Made by a program: the position numbers and the translations under genes. Shown here piece by piece: positions 1 through 13,100 of a stretch of 64,000 nt of DNA (position 1 is the first letter of the stretch; each line of letters starts with the position of its first letter). A model generated the notes under the pieces. That model was not told the origin of the DNA. It saw nothing but the letters and a program-made list of their open reading frames with translations, and made no database searches. This DNA comes from Isurus oxyrinchus (Eukaryota), in NCBI GenBank assembly GCA_026770705.1, contig JANJGN010000009.1, positions 167,214,001 to 167,278,000 on the forward strand, in the 5' to 3' direction.

Positions 1-986
1 ATTTCACCTGCTTTCAAAATTACCCACCCTTCAATTTGACTTGCATCACCTATCCTGCCCTTTCAACTCAAACCAATCCGATTTACTTACTCCTTCATTT
101 CTGAATGTCTTCATTACTGAGTGAACATTAGTTTGCAGGCCTAATGTGGGTTCAGGAAAAATAAACCTGTTTATTTTAATCCCCTACATCTATATTTCAA
201 AAGGGGATTGGATAAATACCTGAAAAGAAAATATTTGTAGGTCTCTGGGGAGAGGGGAGTGGACTTTCAAAGTGCGGTCAAAGACACAACATGGGAATTG
301 CCTCCTTTTCTTCCATATCATTCTACCTAATTCAGGCTTGAAAAGCAAAATACTGCACAGGTTGGGATGCTGAAACACCAGTGGTGGAGACTGGAAATCA
401 GGGATGCGCAAGAGGGCAGAATTGGAGGAATGTAAAGATCGCAGAGGGTTGTAGGGCTGCAAGGGTGTACAGAGATGTAGAATGATGAGGCTATGGAGAG
501 AGGTTTTCATAAGTCCACGAATATTAAAATTGCTTTGTCAGATCAGGTCATGAGTGAAAGGAAACCACTTGTGTATAACATGAGAAACAGTCTGTACTTT
601 ATCATCAGAGATTGGCCGGAATATGAAATCTGTTAGTTTACAGGTGCTTGACCATCACTAACAAATGCTTGAACATTAACAAGACAAGAACTAGACGAAC
701 CAGGATTAGTACTTTGCAATGCTTTATAGTATTTCGTGTTTACAGACAGGAGAAATGGTTTCTCAAATAAAGAGTGAAATATTTCAGCAAAAAGGATGTA
801 GCTGAAACTAGGCAAAAACATGACTAATGAGTAAGGTCACGGCCAGATAATATCAGCACAAAGCCTCATTTGAAATAACAGACACTCAAAGTGTTGGAGG
901 GAATTTACTGAAATCACTCTATTAAGGAAGATCATTGATGTCAGGCAGGGAGTCACCTGCAGAGTTACAGGGATAAGTTACAGAGC

Positions 987-1142
987 TTAGACAGATTTAG
1001 CAAATCCCATTCTGTTGTTCCCTCTGTCGTAAATAGAATAGAACTCCCTCAGGAAGACATCACCCAAGATCCAAAATGGTCCATTTTCAGTAGGAGCACG
1101 CAGGTAGGTGGACTCAAACCCAACAGCACAAACACCATAACT
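987..1142 (-). CDS. pgc: pgc exon 9 ([51 protein letters not shown])
   Basis: Acceptor ttttacag|AGT; TAA at 987-989; pepsin-family WILGDVFLR motif. Not in the ORF track. Confidence 0.95.
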   Translation of the reverse strand, partial: SYGVCAVGFESTYLRAPTENGPFWILGDVFLREFYSIYDRGNNRMGFAKSV

Positions 1143-4100
1143 CTGTAAAACATGAGATAACGACATTCCATTAGACTCATGAACAGATTAAAGAAGCAAA
1201 TATTTAGTAAAGGTTTATTAACTTCAGCTTTTAGACTGAAATCCTACAGAAATATTTTCAGTTTACACTTTTCTGGCCTCATTGTAGGATTGGCAAAAGA
1301 AAGATTATTTTCTAAAGAGTTAATAATAATAATTGCACAAATTGGTTAAAACTATTAACATTAATGTGCACTTTTTTACATTATTTTATTTGGTAGACGG
1401 CTATCTCTGACAAGTAAGGCTTTTGGCTTCCATTCAAATAGCTCAAGTTGGGTCTTCAATTCTTCAGCCATTTGAAGATGGGAATTTTATGATTCTTCCA
1501 TCAGTAAGTAGAATTATCTGTGTGTGATGTCATAAATCCCACTGGAGAAAGAAGGGAATAAAGTGGGAAGGGATGGAAGGGATGGGGAAAAATAAATCTA
1601 TTCTGCTCACAAAATTCATCACCTTTCAGATCACATTATCTTCACTAAATGCAATCATAAAGAAATTTACAGTACAACAGCTCAATGGAAGATGACATAG
1701 TGAAGAGAGATTAAATGAAAGTTAGATTAGAGAACTGATATAATTTTTTGCCCTCCCGCAAATAACAACATTTCTCTTATGGGCAGGATTTTGCCCTTGG
1801 CGCGGGTGCTCGGGAATCCGACCACAGCCTGCGATCAGTTCCTCACCACGATTTCAAGCGGGCAGCCCCATTAAGGCCCACCCAACGTGGAAGACCAGCG
1901 CCAATGCCAGTGCGGGTGGGGGAGTAGGGCGAGCAGGCCTAGTGCAATCTTCACACGTGCGCACAAAAGAGCGCGCCGATCTCTCTGAGGCACAGAGCTG
2001 CTTCAGGGAGATGAAGCGCTGTTTAAAAAAAATAAATAAAGGAAATAAAAATGTCATAAAACATGTCCCCTCAAGTCACCGTCACATGAGCTTGTGCGTG
2101 TTTTTAATTCAAAAATAAAATTTTTATTTGATGTTTATTTGCTTTAGAAAATCTCATCCCGCCTGTAGATAAGATTTCCTAAAAAAAATGTAAAGGCCGC
2201 TTGGCCTTTTCGCCTGCCCGCCAAGGTTGGACAAGGCCGTGTAAATTTGAATTTAATTAGCTTCTTAATGGCCCTTAATAGGCCTTTTAATTGTCAGCGG
2301 GCGCGCAGCCGACTCCGGAGCGCGCCCGCCGAACGAAATATCGCGCAATGATGTCAGGACGCTCACCCGACATCGCGTGGCATTTTACGCTCAGGCATGT
2401 CGGGTGCAGGCCCACTCGCCGAGCGTAATATTCTGCCCATGGACTATTTGCAGCCAAATCATAAACATTTTCTTTATAAGGAAATTCTTTGCTTCTAATG
2501 CTTTATTTTTTACAAAGTAATAATAGGGTACAGTAGCACAGTGGTTATATCATTGGGCTAGTAATCTTGAAGCCTGGACAAATGATCCAGAGATATTAGT
2601 TCAGATCCCACCACTGGCATCTGGGGAATTTAAATTCAGTTAGTTAAATAAAATCTGGGTTAAAAAGTTAGCCTCAGTACCGGTGACCATGAAACTACCA
2701 GATCATTATAAAACCCATCTGGCTCACTCACATCCTTTAGCGATCCTAACCAGGTCTGACTTACATGTGACTCCAGGCTCACAGCAATGTGGCTGTCCTT
2801 GAAAATGGTCTAGCAAGCCACTTAGTTGTATCCAAGAAGGTGGCTTAGAACCAGCTTCTCAAGGACAATTTGGGATGGGCAAAAATTCTGCCTTTGCCTG
2901 TGACAGCCACGTCCCATGAATTAACAAAACAGACAGATTTTCCAGTTCGTGTTGCAGCTATTTTGATTAAACTGAGTCACATCAAACATTGGCTTAAAAA
3001 AAAGACAGTTGTTTTACATACCTGTTGGATGTAGGCTGAGGCTGGAATAGTGAGATTAACTCCATTGATTACAAAGGTCAAGGAAGGCAGGTTTCCTACA
3101 GTATCACAGTTGACCGCGTACTATTATATAAAGAAGAAAGCATTCAGTAGATCTGCATGTGTAGCTTGTATAAACAATGCACAGCAAGGAATCATTGGGT
3201 CAAGTGTTATTCCGCAGATAACCTATCTCCAATAGCTTCATTTCTACTGAAGGAGTGAACCATACAAAAATATTTTATAGTGATTTTTACATTGAAGGCT
3301 TTTGGTAGATTGTATTGGAAAAGACTATTTCCACCAGATGGGCAGTCAAAGTCAATGTTCTATCAATTTAAAATCCTTACTAAGAGTGATTAAGGAAAAA
3401 TTTCTTCACACAGGGAGTTGTTGCAGTGTGGAGTACCTTGCCAGAGGAGAGAGTCTTACTCAGTACTTTGTTATATTGCATGAACTAGGCAATCTCTTCT
3501 AAAATGTGCCAGTGTCATTGGGTCATGTGAAGACTAAAGTGGTTTACTAAAGCCAATCGTTGTTCATTGTAGTTTCCCTAAACGCCACTTGAGATCACAC
3601 TGCACAAAAAGTTCTGATGAAATCCTTTTGTTTTAAAGAAGATTTTAATCCAATTATTTTAAATGTGTTTGACACCTCCGTTACAAATATCACACAACAT
3701 GGCTTCAAAATATCAGCTTACGCCTTGGGGCAGCATGGTCAAAAACCTGGGAAATCCTGTCTCAACACTGCCCCAGTGTCCACTCATGTGCAGTCTCAAA
3801 AGAGTGGTATCTACATGATATTGGTAGGACAGGGTTTTAGTTGCCCACACCAGCTTATTGTGTGACTCCTCCAAATAAAAGTGAAACATTTGTGCGCACT
3901 CGCTGCGACTTAAATCAATTAATGATTCAATGGAGACCACTAAAATTAATTTTACTCAGGATTCTAACAACAATCAAAGAGCAGAGGTGGCCATCCACTG
4001 CAGGAAGCTGCATGAAACCCAGGTCCCTGAGCCGTAAGGATGGTTTTGTCAACATGCACTCCACTATTATGGCCAAAAGGTGTCACTACAGTCCTAGTAC

Positions 4101-7100
4101 TGATACAGTCTAGAATCTGTATCAGTTAGCACTTGTTAGCAAAGCTTACCTCACCGTACTCATCCTGATAGGCGCCAATCTTTTGCAGCAGTTGTTCTAA
4201 TTCCTGACTTGGTGCAGTGAGCAAGGAAGTACCAGTGTCAACCATAGCTTGGCACCCTTGGGTACAGAAGGTAGGCTGACCATCCAGAAGCACACTGGAA
4301 AACAGAGTTCCATTATTTATTTACTCATTTATGTTAAGTCATAATGTAGAACCATGTAGCAGTCCCTACAAGACCCTTTTTTTGTTTACCTTTGTTATAT
4401 CCACTTTTAATTTCCTTATTCTTTCACTTGTTTTAACAAGGAGAAATTGTCAAAGAGGAGGAGTCATACTGGACTCGAAACATTTCTCTCTCCAGACCTT
4501 CTGATTCCAGCACTTCTTCTTTATAAGGAGAATTTCTAGCTTCTTTCTGACATTTCAGATTTCTGAGTTTGGAAACTTGTCTTCATCTTTTCTTTTCAAT
4601 CTTCTTTACTCATGATTCAGAATCAAAATCCTGTAAATCCCTTCCTAACACCACATGGACTGCAGCAGTTTAAGATGGCAGATAACCAAAAGCTTCTCAA
4701 GGGCGATTAGGGATGGGCAATAAATGCTGAGCTTGCCCTGATGCTCACATCCTATGAACAAATTTACCCAAGAGAATTGGTCCTTAAACCTTCCTCCCCC
4801 TTAACTATTAGTCTGCTAATATCTGTCTATGCACTCACCCTAATGCAGATTCTAACAATTGTCTCTTTTAACTTACTGGAACCTCACAGAGTATTTCCCA
4901 GCTGCTGGCTGGCAGTATTTTTTTAATTTATGGGATAACGCAAGCACAGATCAGATCAGATCAGATCAGAGGCACTACCACATGCACTGCAGGATATGTC
5001 CTCACCAAGATGTCAGAGTACATCAATTCCAGTGCCAGTATCATATCCAATTTTTGCCAGTCATTCTGAATTTATCCAATAGTACTATACTGAATGAAAT
5101 AGAAATGGTTAATTCTGATCACCATTTCAAGTTACATAGTATTTACAGTACTGGAACCAGCTATACAGACCAATAGATCCATGCCAGTGTTTACTCTCCT
5201 CACGAGTCACCTTCAACCCTTCTTCATCTCATCCTGTCAACATATCCTTCCATTCCTTTCTCCCCCTTGCACTCACCTAGCTGTCCCTGAAATTCATCAA
5301 TGGTATTCACCTCATTTACTCCTTGTGGTAGTTAGTTCCACATCTTGATCACTGTGTGTAAAGAAGTTACTCCTGAGCTCCTTATTGGATTTATTGGTGA
5401 CTACCTTACTCTTATGGCCCCAATTCTGGTCTTATCCACAAGTGAAAACATCTTCTCTGCACCTGCCTTATCAAACCTTTCTGTAATCTTAAAGAATTCT
5501 CTCAGGTTATTCCTCAGCCTTTTTCTCTTCTGGAGGAAGGAGCCTCAGACTGTTCAATGTTTCCTGAAGGTATAATCTCTCACTTCTGGTAACATTCTAG
5601 TAAATCAATTTGAACCTTCTCCAGTTACATCATGGCTACAGGACAAGGAGACTGCTGAAAAGAGGCTAGATGTCACAAAACAGTTCTTCATTCTAAAAGT
5701 GATCAATACCTGGAACGGTCTTTCAGATAAGGTCTCTCAGGATATTAGTGGCATGAACTCCAGGGAGATTAAAAAGGAATTAACATTGTGAAGAAAAATT
5801 TCTCGTCACAGTGGACTGGACAGACTAAGTGGCCCTGTGCACTTGAACCTCTCTTTTTAAATAAGTTTAAAATTATATGTTCAGGGCTTGGGCTTAATAA
5901 AAATCTGTAAGTAGGAATCATAAGAGCTTGGAGTTCATGTTCTGTTGGAAATATGTTTTATAGGTATTATGTGCTCTAATTCATTATATTTATTAAAATG
6001 ATATAATGTGTTTTTCAAGGTGAGCTGTGGCCAGTAGGAGCCACAAAGTAAGCAATCACTCATTTCTTACTTACCTTTGCAAAGGGATAAGCCAGTACAG
6101 CTCTTGAAGAACAGGGACCCAGACAATTTCACCAGTATACAACGTATCGTCAACTCCTCCAAATGTCACTTCACCACCTACTTGACTACTTGATTCCCTG
6201 GAAAGAAGAAACACATTCAGCTTTACTGATGTTTCAGTTAGTGCATCAGTGTTGAAACATAAGTTGCCCTCATCTAGCTTCAAGCGACTGATTGAAATAC
6301 ACGTCTCTCCACTCACTGGTATAGTATCTGAGCCCATACCTGAGCTTGAGCAAAATACATTGCCCTAGATTTTGAATCACAATTACCATCAAATAATCCT
6401 TGACCAACAGATTATGGTGTATTGTTACCCTAGCCCCTTTTTGCGACAATCCGAGATCAGGCATACGTCTCAAATGGTTCTTCTCAACTTCAAGTTGAGA
6501 AAGACAGATCCCAGCGACGCTTACATGAGTCTGAAGGACTGATCCGTCTCTTCTAAAGGAAAAAAAGGCAGGCGAGGTAATTACCATATTCCAGACAGCC
6601 TTTTAGTGAATTAAAACCAGATTATAATTTTCCCAGATAAGAGTCCGGATAAAAACTTTTCAGTATTGTACTCGCCCGCCTAAGGGAGTACAATGTCGGG
6701 CTTTAGAGTGAGTGATACCAAGACTATGCATTATAAATTCTAAAATATATAAAAGTTTATTAAAGAACCAAACATGCAATTTGAAGGCTCGTTGTAAACA
6801 GTAAATCACAACTTTAGATAGGTTCCAGGAAAACAAGAAATGATATTATGTTAATTCTAGTCGGGAATCCGGTTTAAAATTTTAATTGTTGCAGTAAAAA
6901 TACTTTTAAGTAGGAAATCCATCAAATATTAAAGTGATATTTGCCTTAATCCCCCAACTGAATGAGACTTGTCTAAACTGGTTAAGTGAATCTGCCTTAC
7001 CCGGTTTGCTCCTAAATACTCTCAGTACTTTTTAAAACTGCATAATTAATCTCTCATGTGTAGGTGTGGTTTCTCAATTGTCATGAGGTCCCTCCTTTTT

Positions 7101-10100
7101 ATGCTCCAAATTTTGGCTTTGATCATTGTTAATTTCCCTGAAAAACAACCCTATTTAATTCTTAGGAAATTTGTAACTACCAAATTCCAATTAAGTCATG
7201 GGCCTCACATATACCAGGAAAGAGAACCTTATTGAACAGACATGCTTGATCAAGATTTTTCCTCAGTCAGTGGGGTCTGTGTTAGAAGCTTTGAACATGT
7301 TTCTGAATTGCAAAATTTGCAACCTGAACGTGGTTTAGTTATCAATTTTTATATTAGGCTGTTTTCCTGGCTTAAAAGGAAAATGTGTTTATCTGCATCT
7401 TTTTTGTGTGTCCCTTCTCATCAATGAATCCTTATTGCAGTTAAGACGAGCTAAGCCCTAACTTGTCAGAATATGTAGCCGAACCTTTGTGAACCCATCT
7501 TTTTTTAAAAAGAGGGTACCCTTTTAAATTTTTATAGGGAAATAGCTCTTTTGCCTTCATTATGACCATATTGCTTTACACTGATTCCTTCACAAGTCGT
7601 CACTATCAAAGGTTCATCATTATTTCCAGTTACAGTATAGGCTCATATCACTCACTCATGGCACTGCGCCATAGAAACAATTCTTTAATAACTCATGATT
7701 GTATGCTGATCTTAATTAAAAGTGTGCTGTAGTGCTATTCAACTTTCAACACACGGTTCAACTTCAGCTGTGGATCAGTGGTAACACTCTCACTATTAAG
7801 TCACAAGGTTAGGAGTTAAAATTCCACTCTGGAGACTTGTGCACAAAAATATCAATTGACACTCCAGTACTGAAGGAGTGCTGCACTGTTGGAGCTGTCG
7901 GCTCTCAGCTAAGGTGTTACACCAAGGCCTCATTTGCCTCTTGGGTGGACATGAAAAGTCCCACTGTAGCATTTTGAAAAAGAGTTGGGAGCTCCACTAT
8001 TGCCAAAATTTATCTCTCAACCTACATAATTAAAAAGCAGACTACCTGGTCATTGCTGTTTAGAGATCTTATTGTGCACAAACTGGCTGCTACCTTTCCT
8101 ACTGTATAACAGTCACTGCTCTTTCTGAGTCATTAGTTAATGATCAATCTTGCTTTAATCATCTATTTGAGTTTTAGACTATGGGATTCCCACGATTTCT
8201 TAAGAAACGTCTCCCTCAAGTTTTGGTCAAGACAATCAGTTTAATGCAGACTATCCTTTAGTTGATTTCATTATTTCATTATGATCGCATCCTCTTACCT
8301 GCCCAGGTATACAGAAAACATCGGTGATGACACCAGATTATCATGCATCATGCTATCAAACACTGTTGTGGCACCCCCTGCTGAAAGTCTTGGGTATGCA
8401 AGACCAAGGATTCCACCAAATTTGGAATACTCAAAGGCAGTCCCGGGTTCAGACAGACTGAGACCAAATTCCTGATTTGGAATAGAAATGCCTGCAACCT
8501 TGGGAGGGAAACAAAAAGAAGAAATATTACACAAAAGCTTAGAAACAAAATTCAATCCAACTGACTGATGATTCCAAAACCTGAGCCATTGATTGATTCA
8601 TTCAAAACCAACAACAATGCTCCTAATACAGATTGTTTCAAAATGAGCAGAATGGTTTTATTCCTTTACATCATTTTGCTTGAACACCAGATTTGGCACA
8701 ATCTCGGTTCAGACTTGGGGAGCTACCACCAAACTCCTCATGTACCACAGTAACGCCACTGTACAACCCATCAGATGGAGCAAGACAGAAGAGGCCATCC
8801 CATGTCTCAACTTGCCCTTTTTTGATCTCTGGTTTTGGCGAGCTTGGAGAAACATAGGCCTCAACCCGAGTCCCACGGCTGACATTTAAATAACTCATAA
8901 GAGCAGCAACAAAACGTTTTCTTAGTGCAGCTTTAACTTGAGACAGTACCTTGTGGAAATCAACTGTGCTAACATTACTCACTGATTTTACTGCAATGAT
9001 ATTTGTAACATTCTCTATTTGAATTATAAGGTAACCATCAACTCAACTTATGACATCATAAGCCTTTGGATGATAACGCAAGCAGCACGAGATGAGATTC
9101 TGACCTGAACATCACTCCCTGGTACTTGGTAGTCCACTCCTCTGATCCAAAATTGCTAAATTCGTATCATCTGGTAATCCAATATTTAGTAATAAATTCA
9201 TACTTTGCTGTGCCATTTTCATTGCTTAATTAAAATTATTGGATCAATTGTTCCAAATGACAAACTGCCAGTAGACTGCTTCGTTTTCATGTGAACTTTA
9301 TACCTTTTGGTTATCTATGTAGGCAGCAGCGGTCAGTAATACTGGACATCATTGGGGCTGATTAACACAGGCAAGAGAAAATGACTGCAATATCATTTTT
9401 TTTAATTCGTTCTTGGGATGTGGGCATCACTGGCTATGCCAGCATTTATTGCCTATCCAATTGCCCTTGTTTAGAGGACATTTAAGAGTCAACCACATTG
9501 CTGTGGGGTCTGGAGTCACATGTAGGCTAAACCAGGTAAGGATGGCAGATTTCCTTCTCTGAAGGACATTACTGAGCCATATGGGTTTTTACAAAAATTG
9601 GCAATGGTTTCATGGCCATCATTAGACTTTTAATTCCAGATTTTTTATTGAATTCAAATTCCACCATCTGCCATGGTGGGATTTGTACCCAGGTCCCCAG
9701 AGCATTACCCTGGGGGTCTCTGGATCAGCAATGCAGTGACAATAACACTACACCACCACCTCCCCTGCAAGAAGCAGTGTGCAGTCAATATCTAGGACTT
9801 TTGATGCACAATTCACATTAGCCTGGGCTTTCTGCCTTGCACCCACCAATGTTTCAGCAGGTCCAGGCTGGGAACAAAGAGGTAAACAACTTGGGAGACA
9901 CTGCATTCCTTTGCATTGTCACCTACCTGTCAGGACTAGCTGAGGGGAAATGAGCCTGCTCACATGTGGGTAACTGCATGTTAAATACAAGTAGATTTAT
10001 GTTCTTTTTGGATATTGGACACAGGGCCCTATAGTCTGGCATTCAGAAATCAACACAAAAGGCGAATTGAAAAATGAGGGTTGACATATCATGTGTTTCT

Positions 10101-13100
10101 TAAAAGGTTGGAGAAAGGTAATTGAGCATTTGATGATCAAAACGAAACTGGAGAAATAGTAATGTATCAATAGACCTGGCCCAGTATGTCTCCTCTCTTA
10201 TACTGGCATAATTCCCTGGCAAACCTTGTATACCCTGATATAACTCTACCTCCTGCAGGTAAATGACCCTTGCATTGGAAATATGGTTAGAATTATGGCA
10301 TCGACAGCAGGGTGTAAGCTCCACTCTATCAATCGCTGAGGCAGTAAAGCTTTGGCTAATTATCAACGACTCAGTAAATAGCACTCTCGCCTCAGAGTAT
10401 TCTGGGTTCAGGTCCTACTCCAGAGACTTGAAATTCTAGGCTGACGCTGTAGTACAGTACTGAGGGGGTGCAGCACCATCAGCGGTGCCATCTTTTGGAT
10501 GAGACATTAAATCTGGGACCCCGTCTGCCCTCTCAAGTGGATGTAAAAGATCCAGCAGCACAAGAGCAGGGTCCATCTATACCCTCAACCAATATCATTA
10601 AAAACAGATTACCTGGTAATTATCTCATTGTTGTTTGTGAACCTGGTTAAGCCCAAATTGGCTGCCACATTTCCTGTATTAAAGCTGTATTAAGTATTTC
10701 TGGAAAGTGTTTTGGGGCATCCCAAGGCCACAAAAGATGCTATATAAATGAAGGGTCATCTTTTTGAAATGACTGATACCTTTTTGGTTAGAACCATGTA
10801 ATACTTACGTTAACAGTGTCATATCCAAAATATCCAGTTAAACTACCAGAACCATAAGCTATGCTGAAGCGCTGTCCGTTTGTTTTGAATGTTGAGGATA
10901 GATTTGGATTATATCTCTTATGGTGGCCTGAAAAGAAAGGAACGAATCATGATTTATTTCCTTCAAAGGCTGTGGCAAGTAAACTGATCATCCAATGGCA
11001 AAAAAGAACCGGGAGAATAATCACTTGTTTGAGTTATACTCACTGCATGCTGCGCTTTCACAGTAGATGGATGGGACCCAAAGGTTAGAAGAGCCAGTGT
11101 CAAACAGAACCTCGAAACTCCTAGGTGGGGTACCAATTGTAATGGATCCATAGTAGAAGTTCTGGTGTAAGTTTGAAAATGGAAATTAGAATTGATCATT
11201 GTTACTCCGGATAAAAATCATGCTTTGTCAATAATCAGTGGGAGAAACCAAAATATCAATCTCAAATTATTTTAAATCTGACTCATTAAAAACTAGAAAA
11301 GTTTAAAAAAGGGAATAGCTCTGGGAATGAAAGACTGAAGAAAGGATCAGCTATTGGATTCTTAGGCTGGAGTAGGGGTCTGCAACCTATGGCTCCAGAC
11401 TCATGTAGACCTCCCCACCTTGATCAATCAAATCCATTTGACGGTAATCATGTCTTGTTTCTTAAATTTTTGTTGACACTTTAATTGTGAGAACAACTTA
11501 TTCTGCATCAAATGTTGTTGAAACAAGTCTCTGTCCTGTTTTTCATTATTACTGGTATTTGAGTAACCAGTTATTGTTTTTTTGACTGAATTGTTTTTTA
11601 AATGGCTCTCCTTCTTATTAAGGTTGACTATTCCTGCACTGGGACGTTCCTGTGCTCTTCTCCTTGGAAAGCGGCAGTTGCAGAAGGGATTATAAACCCA
11701 ACAGAGAGCTGAAAAATCAGAGTTTATAATCACCAGTCTGGCTGCTCATTGTCCCTGCCGACATGAGCTGGACAGTCAGCCTCTCGTGGAACTCAAACCC
11801 AATGCAACAGCATTTTAACTCAGCCTCACTTGACACTTCCTCCCTCTGCTTTACATTAGTTTCCTTTCTTACTCACGTTTATGAAATTCAGGAGCGGCTC
11901 ATCTGCAACTTCTGACTCGTATCCGGGGAAGAGATGCCGGTACTTCAAGGCGGGATCATATTTGTGAGTTTCTAAGAACTTTTTCAGCTCCCCACGCTCT
12001 TTCAGGATCTCGCGCACAGATTTACCTCTGTGCAAAGGCATTCTGAAAGGTTAAAAGCCCATCGACAGTGAGCAAATAATTGAGAGCTGGAACGAGCTTT
12101 CTTTAAAAGTGAGACTTACGAACTCACTGTCATTCCAAGATTTGACACAATTCCAAGATTTGACACAATTCAAAAGAGTTCAGATCCCGATGAGAATTAG
12201 ATCCTTTCTTACACTATTCTTCATCCACATTTGAGGGCCACTGAACCACTGCTTACACTGTAACTGTGTTACAGGGCAGGGCGAGGAGGCAAGCCCCAAT
12301 TCTACCTCAGCCAGAACGGAGATCAGGCCTGTGCTGTTGGTGTTATTCTGAATCGTCCAGCCAACTGAGCTTGCACTTACATTATTAAGCTTGCTTTTTT
12401 TCTGTATTTTACACACTGACTTGTCCAGAATCAAATCTAATTCCTGCAGACTGAATAAAAGGTTGGGCTTGTGTTTCAGTCATTTCCAGAAAATTCCCAA
12501 GATTTTAGCAGATCAGTAACCAAAATCCAGAATAATAACCTTTTGTCAACTCTTATGAGGGATTCTACCCATTTAACCTCTTGAAAGGAAGTTTGCAAAA
12601 TGTATCCCAGGTTTTCTGTTCATCCCCACGTGCATTTCACTACTTGGCCTTGAAGGTTCCTAAGCACAGCAATTACTTTGTGTCAGCAGCACAGGAACCA
12701 GGGCATCCCATGAATTATTGCTTACCTTTCCCCCAAGTTATCCTTCAATCTCCTTCTTAATTAGATGTTTATCTAACTCATTTCCTTGAATTATTTAAGT
12801 GACGCAATCTGAGTTCGTTGATAGCACTCTGCTGTTTTGGTCAGAAGGGTTTGGGAATTTGAGCCAGTCCATCAGTACAGCCGGCAACTTTTCTGGAGTC
12901 TTGACATTCAGTTGAAGGGCCCAATGATAACAAGGAACTGTGTGCCAGTGAAGGCTAATGGGGAGAAAACTGCGACAGCTTCGTCCCTGGGTGGCTTTGA
13001 ACCACCAACTTTTCGGTTAACAGCCGAACGGGCTAACAGATTGCGCCACAGAGACTGACTGTTGCATTTCTCAGAGGCACCTTTATTGGTGCAAGATGTG

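Noticed and set aside
1781-2438. CpG island or promoter
   Set aside because: It is bounded by TIRs and lies inside the last pgc intron, so a MITE explains it better.
12132-12171. 18-bp tandem duplication (ATTCCAAGATTTGACACA x2); also a 17-bp duplication at ~49195-49230 and (CAGAT)n at ~4946-4969
   Set aside because: Ordinary slippage duplications in intron or transposon DNA. There is no repeat-spacer structure, so no CRISPR-like array.
12837-13058. 73-aa ORF ending [22 protein letters not shown]
   Set aside because: This is the antisense translation of the tRNA-Asn sequence, a common spurious peptide.
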